The notes under the pieces were generated by a model, which was given only the letters and a program-made list of their open reading frames with translations, did not search any database and was not told the origin of the DNA. DNA of 63,460 bases, the filler included. It is 8 parts of 8 records of this genome, joined end to end, with 100 filler letters (N's around TTAATTAATTAA, not from the genome) between each part and the next. Parts side by side here need not be neighbours in the genome. Positions count along the whole stretch, not along the records: positions 24,620 to 30,065 come from SRR7504441_3556; positions 30,166 to 34,610 come from SRR7504441_3557; positions 34,711 to 41,247 come from SRR7504441_3559; 5 more parts are not named here. One strand, written 5' to 3'. Every line of letters starts with the position of its first letter. Within the stretch, counting starts at the first letter, position 1. Shown here one piece after another: positions 25,178 to 36,831 of the stretch. The position numbers and the translations under genes are program-made.

Positions 25178-28100
25178 ATGGCCGAGGAGGCGGCGGGCCA
25201 GCAGTGCGGCCCGGGCCGGGGGGCTGCTGGCCGAGCCCGCCGCAGGTCGGTGGACGCCGAGCAGCGCTTCGTCCAGCTCGAGCGTTCCCTCCGGGCCGCC
25301 CAGCGGGTCAACCAGCAGTCCCAGGCCTCTGCCCGCCCCGCCCGCGGCTCAACCGTCGGCGCAGGCCAAGCTCGACGCGCTCTCCAGCACCAATGTGGAG
25401 CTCTCTGCCGCCGCCGAGGTCCCCCCCCCGCGCCCTCCCGCGCCAGCCTCGCGGATCAGGCGCACTCGCTGCGGTGCTCGGAGCTCGAGCGAACCGTGGC
25501 CGATAGAGACGAACGGCTGGCGCTGGCCGAGGCGAGCCGGGCGGAGAGCAAACGCAAGGAGACCGAGGCAGTGGAGTCGGCCGGCGCGGTGCAAGCTGAG
25601 AACCGCCGGATGGTGCCGCGGGCGGGCTGGGTGGGTCGAGCCTGGGCAGGCCGGCGAGTTAGAGAGAGCATCAGGAAGGGTCGAGGAGGCCCGGGGCAAG
25701 GCGAGCGAGCTGGAGAGCCAACTCGACCAGATCACCGCGGCCCAGCTTCCCAACAAGGCGCGTGCGACGGCTTGGCGGCCGGGCGAGCGCTGCACAGGTG
25801 AGTCTGGACAAGATGCAGCAGCAACTCGCTGTGCTCGAGGCGGACAACAAGCGGCTATCCAGCCAGGCAAGCCCTCGGGGGCGTGCCGGTTTGACCCCGC
25901 GTGCAGCTGGGGGAGGCTAACAGCACGCTAGCAAAGCTCAGAGCAGACGCGGCTCAGAGCAGCACGACTGCCAAGGCTGCGGCCGAACTGAGCGCCGCAG
26001 AGGCTGGTGCGGCCGGCCTGGGGCCGGCGGGCGAGCGTCGGGGGGCAGCCGCAGCCAAGGCGGAGCTGGAGAGCGCCCGCAGCGCACTGAGCACTAAACA
26101 GGAGGAGCTGGCGGCATCGCTTTCTCAGCTGAGGACAGAGCGCGAGCAGAGGGCCGAGGCGGACGGCACGAGGGACCGGGCTCTCGAGGCCCAGACGGAG
26201 GTGGCTGAGATGGCTCAGCAGGCCGTCCGGGATAAGGAGAGCAAGATGCAGGAGCTCCACTCGGCGATGCAGACTGCGTCGATTGAGCGCGATGAGGCTG
26301 CCGGCAAGCTGGCGCAGGCGGAGCAGACGCACAGGCAGGCCGCGGAGACGATGGAGGCCAAGCATAAGTCGGAGCTCGACTCGCTGAAGGCGATCATTGC
26401 AGCCCAGGACGGGAGCACTGGACAGTTGGTGGCTGTTGCTCCGAGCGACGCGCTGGTGCCTGTCGAAAGCACAGCGAGCGGGTTCATGCCTGCCGGCCAG
26501 TCGATGAGCGACCTGTGCTGCCAGCTGGCCGAGGCCCGGCAGGAGCTGCTCAAGGAGAAGAGCCGAAGCGCCCAGCTCGAGCAATCGATGAAGTTCATTC
26601 TGGAGGAGATTGAGGCCAAAGCGCCTGCGATTCAGCAGCAGCGGAACGACTTTGACAACTTGGTCCGGAGCCACTCGCAGCTGGCCAGCCGGCTGGCCGA
26701 GAACGTGGACGAGAAGGCGGCACACCGGGCTGAGCTGGCTGCGCTATCTTCAAAAGTGGAGGAATTGAGTAGCTTTAACACGGCGCTCGAGAAGCAGGCG
26801 GGTGCGATGGCGCAGCAGCTGCACGACTGGATCCGATCCAACGAGCAGCCCGGCGAGCCGCAGCAGCTGGCGCTCCAGCTGCAGAAGAGCAACATGGCGC
26901 TCACTAGTAAGACTGCGCAGCTGGAGGCTCAGCTGGCACAGCAGCAGGCGAACAGGAAGACTGAGGCAGACCAAGCCCTTAAAGCCAAACTGGGCGAGGC
27001 ATTTGCCATGGGCGAGGCGCTCAAGGCGGATATGGACACGATGCGCGCCGAGGCCACCCGGATAGTCGGTCAGCGCGATCTGTACAAGGTGCTGTTGCAG
27101 CACGCTGAATCGAGGAGCGGCGAGGGCGGCGAGTTGGCTGAGCCGAGCGCCGCGCTGGAGGAATCGACGGCGGTGACGGCGCTGCAGACCGAGTTGAGTC
27201 AGCTCAAGGCGAGCCGGGCCACCGCGCAAGGCAAGCTGCAGGACGCGCTTGACAAGGCCAGGGCCGATTGCACAGAGCTACGGATCAATCTGACCAAGAG
27301 TCAATCGCAGTCGGAGTTCAGGGAAGAGCGGCACGCCATGCTGCTCAAGAACACAGATGCGATGCGCTCCGAGCTGCAGGCGCTTCGGGGCAAAAACATG
27401 GAGCACACCGGACTGCTGATGGAGCAACAGGCTGAGGTGGCCAAGGCTCTCCAGCTGATTGAGACGGAGCGGGCCAAGACTGCGGAGGTGAGCCAGCAGC
27501 TGCAGCGCATGACTGCTCAGAAGCTGCGGGCCGAGCGGAACGAGGCGGCGCTGGAGGCGCAGATCGGGGCTCTTTCACAGGAGAAGACAAGGCAAGCTCG
27601 GCTGGTGAAGGATTTGGAGGCGATTTTCAAAGACTTTGAGAAGACATGCGCCCTGCAGAAGAAGCATTCGGCTGCGGAGCTGACCAGGGCGCAGGGCGAG
27701 CTGGCGGCGCTCGAGCAGCAGCTGGAAAAGGCCGGGCAGAGCTCGCAGGAGAGCGAGGATAGGCTGAGGCATAAGCTGAGTGAGGCGAGGGCTGGGCTGG
27801 ATTCAGCAGAGGCCAAGCTGGTGGCCGAGGGCAACCAGAAGGATCAGCTCAAGGCTCAATTGGCCGAGGCCCAGACTCAGCTAGCAGACGCGCAGGAGCA
27901 GCTGGGACAGGCCCAGGTGAAGCTAGCTGCCAGTGACACAACTGGCGAAGGCAGCGAGTCGCAGCTGGCAATCCGATTGGGCGCTGTACAGACAGAGTTG
28001 ACTTCAGCCCAGCAGTTGGTCAAGCTGCGTGAAGACGAGGTGAGCCAGCTCAAGAGCATCGCGTCAGCCAACGAGCAAGCGTTGCTCAAAGCCCAACAAG

Positions 28101-30065
28101 AGCACACCGCCGCCGCCAGCAGCGCAGCCACCGAGACTGCCACGCTCAAGAAGACAGGCGGCGAGCTGGAGAGCCAACTGGCAGGCGTCAAGTCGGAACT
28201 TGCAACCAAGCAGAACGAGTGCGACGGGCTGCGGCTGGAGCTCAAGGAGCAGGTGGAGAGTTTTGATGCCGAGATCGCGATGCTCAAGGCGACCGATACT
28301 AGCCTCAAGCAGACGGCTAGTCAGTGCGAGGAGGAGGCCGAGGCTGCGCGAGCCGCGATGCGCGCAGCTGAGCTCCGCCGGGACGAGGTCGAGTCCAAGT
28401 ACGAGCGTGAGGTGAACAACCACGCACTCAAGATCTCGGAGGCGAGCGCGCTGCAAACTAAGCTGGACAAGGCACAGTTGGCGGCCCAGCAGGCCCAGCA
28501 GAAGCTCAAGGAGAATGAGCTGAAGATGCAGGAGCAGCAGGCGGCCCAGGTCACTAGCGCGGCCGGCCAGGCACGCGAGGTGAGCGAGGCGACCACCCGA
28601 CTCAAGCAGCTTGAATCACACAACGAGCTGCTGCATGCGCAGCTGGACTCGCGGCTGGAGAGTCTGCAAAAGAGCCAGCCGGGTCAGCCACAGGATGAGC
28701 AGGACACGGCGATGCAACAGGTGCTCCGGTTTGTCAGAAAAGAGAAGGAGGTGGCAGTCGCTCGCCTGGAGCTGGCGCAGCAGGACGCCGCCAGGCTGCG
28801 GCTCAAGAACGAGTCGATCAGGAAGCAGCTGGAAGAGGCTGGCCAGCAGCTGCAGAAGGAGATGAGCAGGAGCGAGTCGCAGCGGCGGACCCAGGCTGAG
28901 CTGCAGGTGGTGATGCAGCACGTTGCTGAACTGAGTGAACTCCGAGAGAAGAATGGCCAGTTGCAGCGCAAAGTGGAGCAGTTGGAGCAGGCGGCGGCGA
29001 CCAACATGGCCCAGCAGTCGGCTGATGCAGCCAGCAAGCTTGAGCAAGCAGTGGAGACGTCCAAGCAGGAGGCGGTGGCCGCACAGGCTGCAGCCAAGGC
29101 CAAAGAAGAGGAGGTGCAGAAGTGGAAGGACAGGCTGCGGGGCGAGCTGCAGAAGAAGAAGCAACTCGAGACCGCAAAGCAGGCAGAAATAGCGGCACTG
29201 CAAGCCGAAATGAAGACCAAGACTGAGGCGGTGGCAGCGGCACAGGCACGCGTGGAAGCAGCCGGTGCAGAGCAGAAAGGGCTGCAGGAGCAGCTCGAGG
29301 CAAGCCAAGAGTCGGGTAAGGAGGCCGAGACTAAATTTGCAAAGGCTAGGGGCACACTGGGCAAGATGAAAGCGTCAATAGATCGACTCAAGAAGGAAGT
29401 AGAGGAGAAGGACAAGGAGCTGCAGAAGGCTCAGGGTGCTGCTGGTGCCGCCAGCTCGCCCGAAGTGACTAGCAAACTGGCCACAGTCGAAGGCGAGCTC
29501 GCCTCAGAGAAGCAGGCCAAGGAAGGGCTCCGAAAGCAGCATGCCCAGCTTGTGCAACAGCACGAACAGCTGAGCGCGCGGGTAGCCGAGGCTCGCACCA
29601 TGGCCCAGTCTGGCGCCCAGCTGGCCGAGGCTCTCGCCGCCCTTGCAGGTACCGTGCCCTGCCTGCGTGCCTGACCAAAGTGCAGGGACTCCACCCGCAG
29701 AGCCGGCCGCGGAGCCTGCCAGCGCGCCTGCCGAGCCTGCCGCAGCCCCGCCTACCCCTCCGACCGGGCGTGGGCCGTTCCTGGCTGGCATGACTGTTGC
29801 GGCCAACCAGCAGGTACCCAGCAGGCTGTGGGCTGTCTGAGTGTGTCCTAGTCTCAGCCGGAGTTCGGTGCAGCCAAGCAGCTGCCAGTGCCGCAACCGA
29901 CCGAGACCGCAAAGCGGAGTGGCGAACAGGAGCCAGAGGTGCTTTCTGGGCTGTGTTGTTGCAGATTGGCTGATTCTGCTGCAGGGGTCAGCGGCCAAGA
30001 AGCCCAGGACAATGGCGCCACCAGCCCCCAAGCCTGCAGCAGGCAAGGGTGCAGCAGCAGGCAAG
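25178..30065 (+). CDS. TPR: Nuclear basket nucleoporin TPR/Mlp1/NUA homolog, 3' truncated
   Basis: Long coiled coil with TPR-family motifs ILEEIEAKAPAIQQQRNDFD, IVGQRDLYKVLL, ESKYEREVNNHA and QVLRFVRKEKEVAVARLELAQ. Several ~40-nt introns at the 5' end and after 29648. Confidence 0.85.
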
Positions 30066-30228
30066 NNNNNNNNNNNNNNNNNNNNNNNNNNNNNNNNNNN
30101 NNNNNNNNNTTAATTAATTAANNNNNNNNNNNNNNNNNNNNNNNNNNNNNNNNNNNNNNNNNNNNCACTAAGTTTAGCAGTGAACGTTCGACCAAACAAA
30201 CCCAAACGGCAAAGCACTACGCTCGTGA

Positions 30229-30815
30229 TCACTTGGGATCGCGCGGTGGGAGGTATGTTAAGTATTCGGTCCGGCCCTCTTTGCTGATCAGTTTGCCCTC
30301 GCCGTCCAGCACCACCAACAGCGGGATCCCTTGGCACTGAAACTTCTCCATCAACTTACGCTGCCCGCAGCTCGCCCCACCACCAGCCGCGATTCGGGCC
30401 ACCTTGATGTCGCGCCGTGTGAACGGGACGGCCAGCCAGGGCATCTCGCCATAGTATGTATTGAAGTCATCCTCGCCATTATCCCACGACACAAATACTA
30501 TCTCGGTGCCCGGGCCAGCCGCTTGGTACGCCGCGCTTAATTTTGGCGTGAAGCTCCTGCAGCTGGGGCTCAGCCAGCCGGGCGCGGGCCACGGGCAGGG
30601 CACCGGCAGGGCGGACACCTGCCGCCATCGGGTTACGGGCGGCCAGCGCACCGCACTCACCAGTAGGCGCTGAAGTAAATCATCACGTAGCGCTTACCGG
30701 CCAGCCGGGTCTCGGTGGCGCAGGGCGGGTCCACGCTGTCCGATAGCAGCTCCGGCCCGAACAGCCCGACAAATCCCTCCTCGCCCTGACCCTCGCTCTC
30801 TCCGCACACTCCCAT
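30229..30815 (-). CDS. Nucleoredoxin/tryparedoxin-like thioredoxin
   Basis: Spliced sequence reads YFSAYW-CPPCR-SFTPKL...EIVFVSWD...MPWLAVPF...GIPLLVVLD. Three introns, and CPPC lies on the 15-nt exon 30604-30618. Confidence 0.9.
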
Positions 30816-30919
30816 CTCGACTCTCTCGAGCTGGCAACCCGCTGCCGGCTGCGGACTCAGCACGGAGACGGAAGGCGTTGGCACGGCTTTTGCCTGGCGG
30901 CCCAGTGAGACCCGGCAGG

Positions 30920-33444
30920 ATGGCTTGCTCTGCGCACCTGCGACTGTCCGGGGTGGTCATCCCTGCCGACCCGTCGGCCGGGCGCTCCCAGGCATGCGGT
31001 CGGCGGGCCCACGGGGAGGGCCTGGGCCAGGTATTTCTGGACGAGAACCAGCGGTCTGTGATCCTGATCGACCCCGACGGCGGCTACTTCACCGTCCCCT
31101 TCCGCCGGGCTGGAGTGATCTCCCCCAGGACCGGTCAGGTGGCCCGGCCCGCCCCGCCAGTGGCGCTGGGCTACTCCTCGACCGAGCCCTGCCTCGGGGC
31201 GGCCCTCTCGCCCACCCAGCGGTTCCTGGCCATCCAGCGCACCGTGACTGGACTGGACGTCGTGGCGCTAGCAGACCCCGGGCGAGCGCCGGTCCAGCTG
31301 CACTGCCGACAGGACCGGCGGGACAACCGGCTGTTGGGGTTTGTGTGGACTGGGGCGCACTACTGCGACTTGGTTCTGGTGGGTCCGAAGCCCGGCCTCG
31401 AGCCCGATCCGGCGCCCAGGTGACCGCACACGGGCTCGAGTGCTACAAGGATATGGACATATCCGGCCAGTGCAAACCAGGCAAAACCTACGACCTTAAG
31501 TGCAACTGGTCCCCCCCCTCGGCTTGCGGCAGCTGAGCAGGCTGCGCAGGTATGTTTACTCAGCTGACGCGGCGCTCATACTGTGCTCGACGGGCCAGAA
31601 CGGGAGCGTGTTGCAGGGGTTTCAAATAACCGCCAAGGTGCTGCCGGCGGGTGTGTTTTGTGAGACTGTGGTGGCAGGAGATGATCAAGCTGAGCAAGTT
31701 TGAGATCGACATTGGCGGGCAGGCGGCGCTGGCTGCTGATGAGATCAAGCTGGAAAAGATCTACAACACGCTCATGTGCATCCACATGGACCGGACGCGC
31801 AAGCGGCTAGTGATTTACGAGGTCCAGCTCAAGCAGCTGACCAAGCGATATGCGATCAACCTGCACTCTCACGACAATGTGGCTGTCTCGGTGGTCGACA
31901 GCCTGATTGTGGTGCACAATCTGGGCTCAAAGGCACCCCCAGACTGCGGCCTAAGCCAACCCGAGCCAGGTGTCCATGTTGTTCGACGTGTGCAGCAAGG
32001 AGGACTTTCCAGTCTCGGCGCCTCTCCCGATGCTCAATGAAGCCACTCCGGAGCATTCGTCTGAACTGTGCCCCCGCGCAGCGCACACCCAGGGTGAGCA
32101 GCTGGCAGGTATGCTTCAAGCTGGCAATTCTGTGCGCCGCGTTGCGTGCTCGACCGTTCAGTCGGGGCCGTCTGGGAGCTGCTGCTTGACATGGAGGCCG
32201 TCACACAGTCCTCGGGCAACGACACGGCACTCCCGCTCGCCGCCCTGTAGCTGAGCCCGTTGGCAGCTCGGGCTGCTCGACTTTCTGATGCGTCGGTCCG
32301 AGAGCAAGCCGCTGCTGCTCAAGTGCGGCCACTAGCTGTGCTTGGCCGGAGCGTGGCTGCAGGTGGCTGCACAAGCTGATTGTGAATCAGACGCGGCTGG
32401 TGGCGATGGCTCGGTTGTTCCTGGCCATCAACCAAACGCTGCACGACTCGATCGTCGAAGCCCAACGGAGCGCCGAGGAGGAAGCCTCCAAGAAGAGCCG
32501 GTGGAGCCTGTTTGGCGACTCGAAGGACGAGATCACGCTCCCGATTGAGTCGCCATTTGACATACACAAGCCCAGCCAACCCGCCAACCCGCTCAGCCCA
32601 GTCAACTCTAGCGGCCCTCCTGCGTTCGAGCCAGTCGGGCGCCCTGCCACGGACAGGCGCGTTGGGCAGCACCCTGGGGCCCAGCTTGGGGCAGATATGT
32701 GAACGACAAAGTGGTGCTTGACCAAGACCGCGACATGTATAAAAGCGTGTTTGCCGTGTCGCTTGCAGAATCGTGCAGTCCGCAGGTGCACTCGCACGGC
32801 CGCACGCGGCATGCTCAGTGGGCTGTTCAGTATCTCACGGCAATTGTGGCCGAGTACATGCGCACGCTTAACCACTTCAGGCTCACGATCTCATCCAACG
32901 TGTGCTGCTTTTTAGTATCGCTGCTCGCCGCGTCGCAGCAGTGCGTACGCCGGTGGTGGTGGTACGCTGAGGCGGCGGCAGATTGTTCCAGCTGCACCAA
33001 TTTGTACAGTACAAAGTGATCCACGACTCGCAGGCATCCATCCACTCACGAGTTGGCTGACGGCGTGCAGGCGGTGGCGGAGCAGCTGCTCACTTTGAGA
33101 CAGGAGCAGCACGCCTGCTTCCAGCTCGGGCTGGACATGCTCCAGCGGCTCCGGCTGTCGGACCGGATCGTCCAGGTGCTGCTGGCCGATGGCAAAGTGC
33201 TCGACGCGCTGCTTTACACTCGACGGCATAATCTGAAGCAACTGGACGTGCGGGCCTTCCTGGAGCACGCACTCGAGTCTAACAACGAAGTGGTCATGTT
33301 CACTGTGTTTAGGCGAGTGCGCGCGTTGGTTGCCGTTGATCGAAGGGCTGCAGGTACTTTAGGAACCAACGCGAGTATGAGGAGCTGCGCCCGCAGTTTG
33401 AGGCGGCAATGAAAGAAATAGTTGATCAACAAGATGAGTGCTGA
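30920..33444 (+). CDS. RMC1: RMC1/Mic1 (C18orf8) regulator of MON1-CCZ1 complex
   Basis: Motifs LSPTQRFLAIQR, LLGFVW, VAVSVVDSLIVVHN, QFVQYKVIHDS and FQLGLDMLQRL are spread over many short exons. The spliced end reads FTVFRYFRNQ...EC*. Confidence 0.8.
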
Positions 33445-33642
33445 TCATCATGAGCCGATTGCTAGGAAATACAATCATGTAATGAGAGCATTGGAATGGT
33501 AAACCATAAAAAGATCTAGACTTACTGTACTGTACCGGCATACCGTAGTACGAGCAGGCCGTATCAGATTGGTCGGTCGATTTGCACACCCTGTGGCCAT
33601 GGCCTCGCCGCGCACAACTAGCAAGCCTTCGAGGCCTATTTA

Positions 33643-33705
33643 TACGAGTACGATTAGAGTACGAGTACGATACGAGTACGATAGAGTACGTGTCATGTAC
33701 CGTAC
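33643..33705. repeat. Intergenic GAGTACG/TACGAGTAC motif cluster
   Basis: Five GAGTACG copies at 33646, 33657, 33663, 33674 and 33684. Related clusters occur in other intergenic regions. Confidence 0.7.
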
Positions 33706-33889
33706 ATCATAACATCAAGGCTGAGACTGGACACCGAACGCAGACCATCGCATGCGGTGATACTCAGTTGTTGCAGTACTTTACTACGCCATGCGGCAAC
33801 GCACCACTCACCCCACGGTCGCCCCAGTCTGCCCCAGTAGCAGCGCCAGTTTATCCAAGATCTGCTCCTTTTGCGCCGAAACCGCTACC

Positions 33890-34610
33890 ATGCACTCACC
33901 CAGATCCGCCGCCAGTTGGGCTGTGCGGCGCTCGGCCTCCGCCAGCTCACCACTGGCCAGCCGGAGCTCGGTCCGTAGGCCCAGCTCGTCCAGCCGCTCG
34001 GCCGGCTGCTCACTGCACTGGGCTCAGTCTTAGGGCTGCACCGGGAGCACCTGCGCTCCTGCCTGCGCGGCTTGTCCACTACTCTATTGAACGACCGGCG
34101 ACTCGGGCCGGCCGCGAGCCAGGGCCGGTGCGAGGCGCCGCTTCCAGGCCGCGAAATGTGCCGGGCCTCCTCCGCCGCGGCGCACATGTCCTCTGCCCTA
34201 TCGAACTCTCTAGCCCTCCTTCCTGGTGGTGGCATTCCGTCTCAGGACAGCTGGTCGTGTGGCGACAGGAGGTGGGCGGTCGTCTGGTTAGCGATCGGGT
34301 GCACTGTCTGCGCGGTGCTACTCGCGGGCAACACGCCGGTGCACCTTTCACACAGCTTGAATCAAATATCGGTCAGCTGCCGGTTGGGATACTGTTGGAT
34401 TTGCCATGTCGAGCGGTTTAAGCGAGGAGCTGCTTGAGTGGCGGATGCAGACCGAGGCGGACAGGCGCACCATCGAGAGCTGCCTGTCCCCATCTGGTCG
34501 CCAAGCTGCCTCGCCCACCAAGGGCTCTCCTCTGCCTGAGAACCTGCGGCCTGTGCTGGTGCCAGCCGCGACCCATGAACTTCTGGCCAATCATGTTAGC
34601 CAGGAGACAC
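33890..34610 (+). CDS. Hypothetical multi-exon protein, 3' truncated
   Basis: GC-rich coding-like segments separated by GT...CAG intron-like stretches. The last exon (EELLEWRMQTEADRRTIE...) runs into the gap. Confidence 0.35.
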
Positions 34611-34731
34611 NNNNNNNNNNNNNNNNNNNNNNNNNNNNNNNNNNNNNNNNNNNNTTAATTAATTAANNNNNNNNNNNNNNNNNNNNNNNNNNNNNNNNNN
34701 NNNNNNNNNNTTACCCCATGCAATGTTAGGG

Positions 34732-36771
34732 TTAGAACGGACGGCCATGCATGTGATATCCATACTCGTACATGTACATTGGAGGCGCAGGTGGAGGCGG
34801 CGGTGGAGGCGGCGGTGGAGGCATGGAAGGATTTCGGTCGTTGGGCTGGTATCGGTTATTCGGCTGATATCGGTCGTGAAACTGTGAGAGACTTGATGGT
34901 GCTTGCCAAGGTGGGTGATATGCGCTGTATCCTCCGTATTGGTACTGTGGAGCCGCCACGTTTGCCGGCTGTGACGACAGCGGTTGATGCCGCTTTGCAC
35001 TCGACTCGGCCCACTGCGACTGCTGTCGTTTCCGGAGGTTCTCTCGGGCAATCATTCGCTCTCTATCAGGGTGCACGTTTGAAATCGGCTCACCATACCA
35101 GGTTTTGCCGCAGTCTGCAGGTGCGGATGCACTCAAGATGTCGCGGGAACGAGCAGGGATCTCAGCTGCTGCCATGTCCTGTTGGCCTTCCTGTCGCCAA
35201 GCCCTGGCGAACGAACGGTCCGCAGTCACACAGCTCAGCTGGCCAGACCCGGTGGGGCTTGGCCCTAGCTCAAGTGATGGCATCGGCTCGGCCAGCCAGT
35301 CTCGAGTGCAGCGAGCGTGCTTGTCCAGGCTGGATATCTTGATCTTCAGCGCCTTCTCCATCGCCTCCCTCTCGCCCCGCGATGTGCACGACAGGAAGCA
35401 TCTTTTGATATACGCTTCCAGTGCCAACGGGTAGGACCCCGCGTTGCTGCAGGGCACTGGTGGCGCAGTGCTGCTCTCAGCACCAGCCTCACAGCTCTCT
35501 CGGGCCGCCGGCGCAGGCTCTCTGACCTCGGGCTCTTGATTTGCAGCCTGCCAGAAGCGGTCCGGGTTCCTGAGGGCGTTGACCACGTGCTGCGGGACCG
35601 CACCCACGTCCTGCGGGGTGGGGCACGAGTTTTCGGTTGGGTCGATCACCCTACCGTGACCATGGTCGACGTTCGGTTCCGGGCCATTCAAGCCTTTATG
35701 CTTGGCAATGAGGTGGTTCGCAAGATCCTGGTGCTTCTTGAATTTCCGGCCGGCCTTGCAGCCACCAACCCTGCTCCAAAGACACTCGCATCCATCCGAT
35801 TCCATTGCACTTCGCTGAGCCTCAACTAGTACTTTACTGGCTCTCCGTTGTTGGGTGAATTGCCGCCGTTCCTCAGCCCGGGCGCGCTGCTGCTCCCGAA
35901 CAAGCTGGCGCCTCTCCTCCTCGGCTGCCGCGGCCCTCAGCGAGTGAAGGATCCCGCGGACCTTGGTAGGCCCCAAGCCTTTCAGGCTTTCGAGCCCAGC
36001 CGCGAGCTGACTGGCCTCGAATGGCCGGAGCTTTCTGCGGGAAACGATGGCGTCGGCCACCGCAGGCCCGACGCCGTTGAGCGACTGTGTGAGCCAGCGC
36101 TGACTCATGGTGTTGAGCAGCTTTGCCTGGTGTAACAGGCAGACTTCTAGTGACGTCCCTGGCAGCGACTGATCCAGCCGGGCCTCTGGCAGCGATACCG
36201 GCGCCAGATCGGCCAGCCGGAGCCAGCCCTGCTCGGCTGTAGGCTGGGCCGGCTCCAGGATAACCAGCCCGTCATCGTCGCTGTCAGAATCCAAAACGAT
36301 TACGTCTGTCATCGATTGCCGCTCGTCAGTCGTCAGCCGGTACAGCGCGCCGTCCTTTAGACTGACCGAGAGCTCGCCCGGAGCAGCAGCCAGCAGCCGG
36401 AGTGTGAGCTCGCAGACTCGCACCCGGTCCGCCGGCAGCTGCTCGCTGCAGTTGGGGCAGAGGGCGGGCTCGCCGCGCGACGCGTGCTCGCGCCTGGTCA
36501 GCAGGTACGTGGAAAGCTCGAAGCAAGTCTGGTGCGCGCAGTCGGCGCCGCGGCAGGGCACCCGGAGTCGGGCGCGAGTGTACCGGTCTGTGAGTGCCAG
36601 GTCCTCCGATTCGACCTCGAGCTCCTCCTCTGACCCGGCCTCCCCGCGGGCCAAGAACGCTGCCAGCCCCTCGCCGAAACCCAGACGCGGTACGAGGGCC
36701 GTCGCGGAGTTGGGGCATCCAGCGCCCTTGTCCCCCGGGTTCTTGCGGGCAGCCTGCTTGGTCCGCGGCAT
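34732..36771 (-). CDS. SP-RING (zf-MIZ) SUMO-E3-like protein with H3-tail-like N-terminus, SIM, HhH, C2H2 finger and LENG8/Thp3-like motif
   Basis: MPRTKQAARKNPGDK; RLRVPCRGADCAHQTCFE...CPNC; DVIVLDSDSDDD; LNGVGPAVADAIVSRR and LKGLGPTK; CLWSRVGGC...HLIAKH; LEAYIKRCF...DWLAEPMP; Pro/Tyr-rich tail. Single long ORF. Confidence 0.75.
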   Translation of the reverse strand: MPRTKQAARKNPGDKGAGCPNSATALVPRLGFGEGLAAFLARGEAGSEEELEVESEDLALTDRYTRARLRVPCRGADCAHQTCFELSTYLLTRREHASRGEPALCPNCSEQLPADRVRVCELTLRLLAAAPGELSVSLKDGALYRLTTDERQSMTDVIVLDSDSDDDGLVILEPAQPTAEQGWLRLADLAPVSLPEARLDQSLPGTSLEVCLLHQAKLLNTMSQRWLTQSLNGVGPAVADAIVSRRKLRPFEASQLAAGLESLKGLGPTKVRGILHSLRAAAAEEERRQLVREQQRARAEERRQFTQQRRASKVLVEAQRSAMESDGCECLWSRVGGCKAGRKFKKHQDLANHLIAKHKGLNGPEPNVDHGHGRVIDPTENSCPTPQDVGAVPQHVVNALRNPDRFWQAANQEPEVREPAPAARESCEAGAESSTAPPVPCSNAGSYPLALEAYIKRCFLSCTSRGEREAMEKALKIKISSLDKHARCTRDWLAEPMPSLELGPSPTGSGQLSCVTADRSFARAWRQEGQQDMAAAEIPARSRDILSASAPADCGKTWYGEPISNVHPDRERMIARENLRKRQQSQWAESSAKRHQPLSSQPANVAAPQYQYGGYSAYHPPWQAPSSLSQFHDRYQPNNRYQPNDRNPSMPPPPPPPPPPPAPPMYMYEYGYHMHGRPF

Positions 36772-36831
36772 TAGAACCAAGGCGGCTACATACCCTGCTC
36801 CATTTGATAATTATAACGGAATTTCAGACAG

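Noticed and set aside
30655-30662. TGA directly after SAYW as selenocysteine in the thioredoxin active site
   Set aside because: The TGA is part of the GTGAGT donor, and splicing yields WCPPC.
33643-33705. GAGTACG cluster as a CRISPR array or telomere
   Set aside because: The units are 6-11 nt and irregular, with no spacers or cas genes, and the context is eukaryotic and internal.
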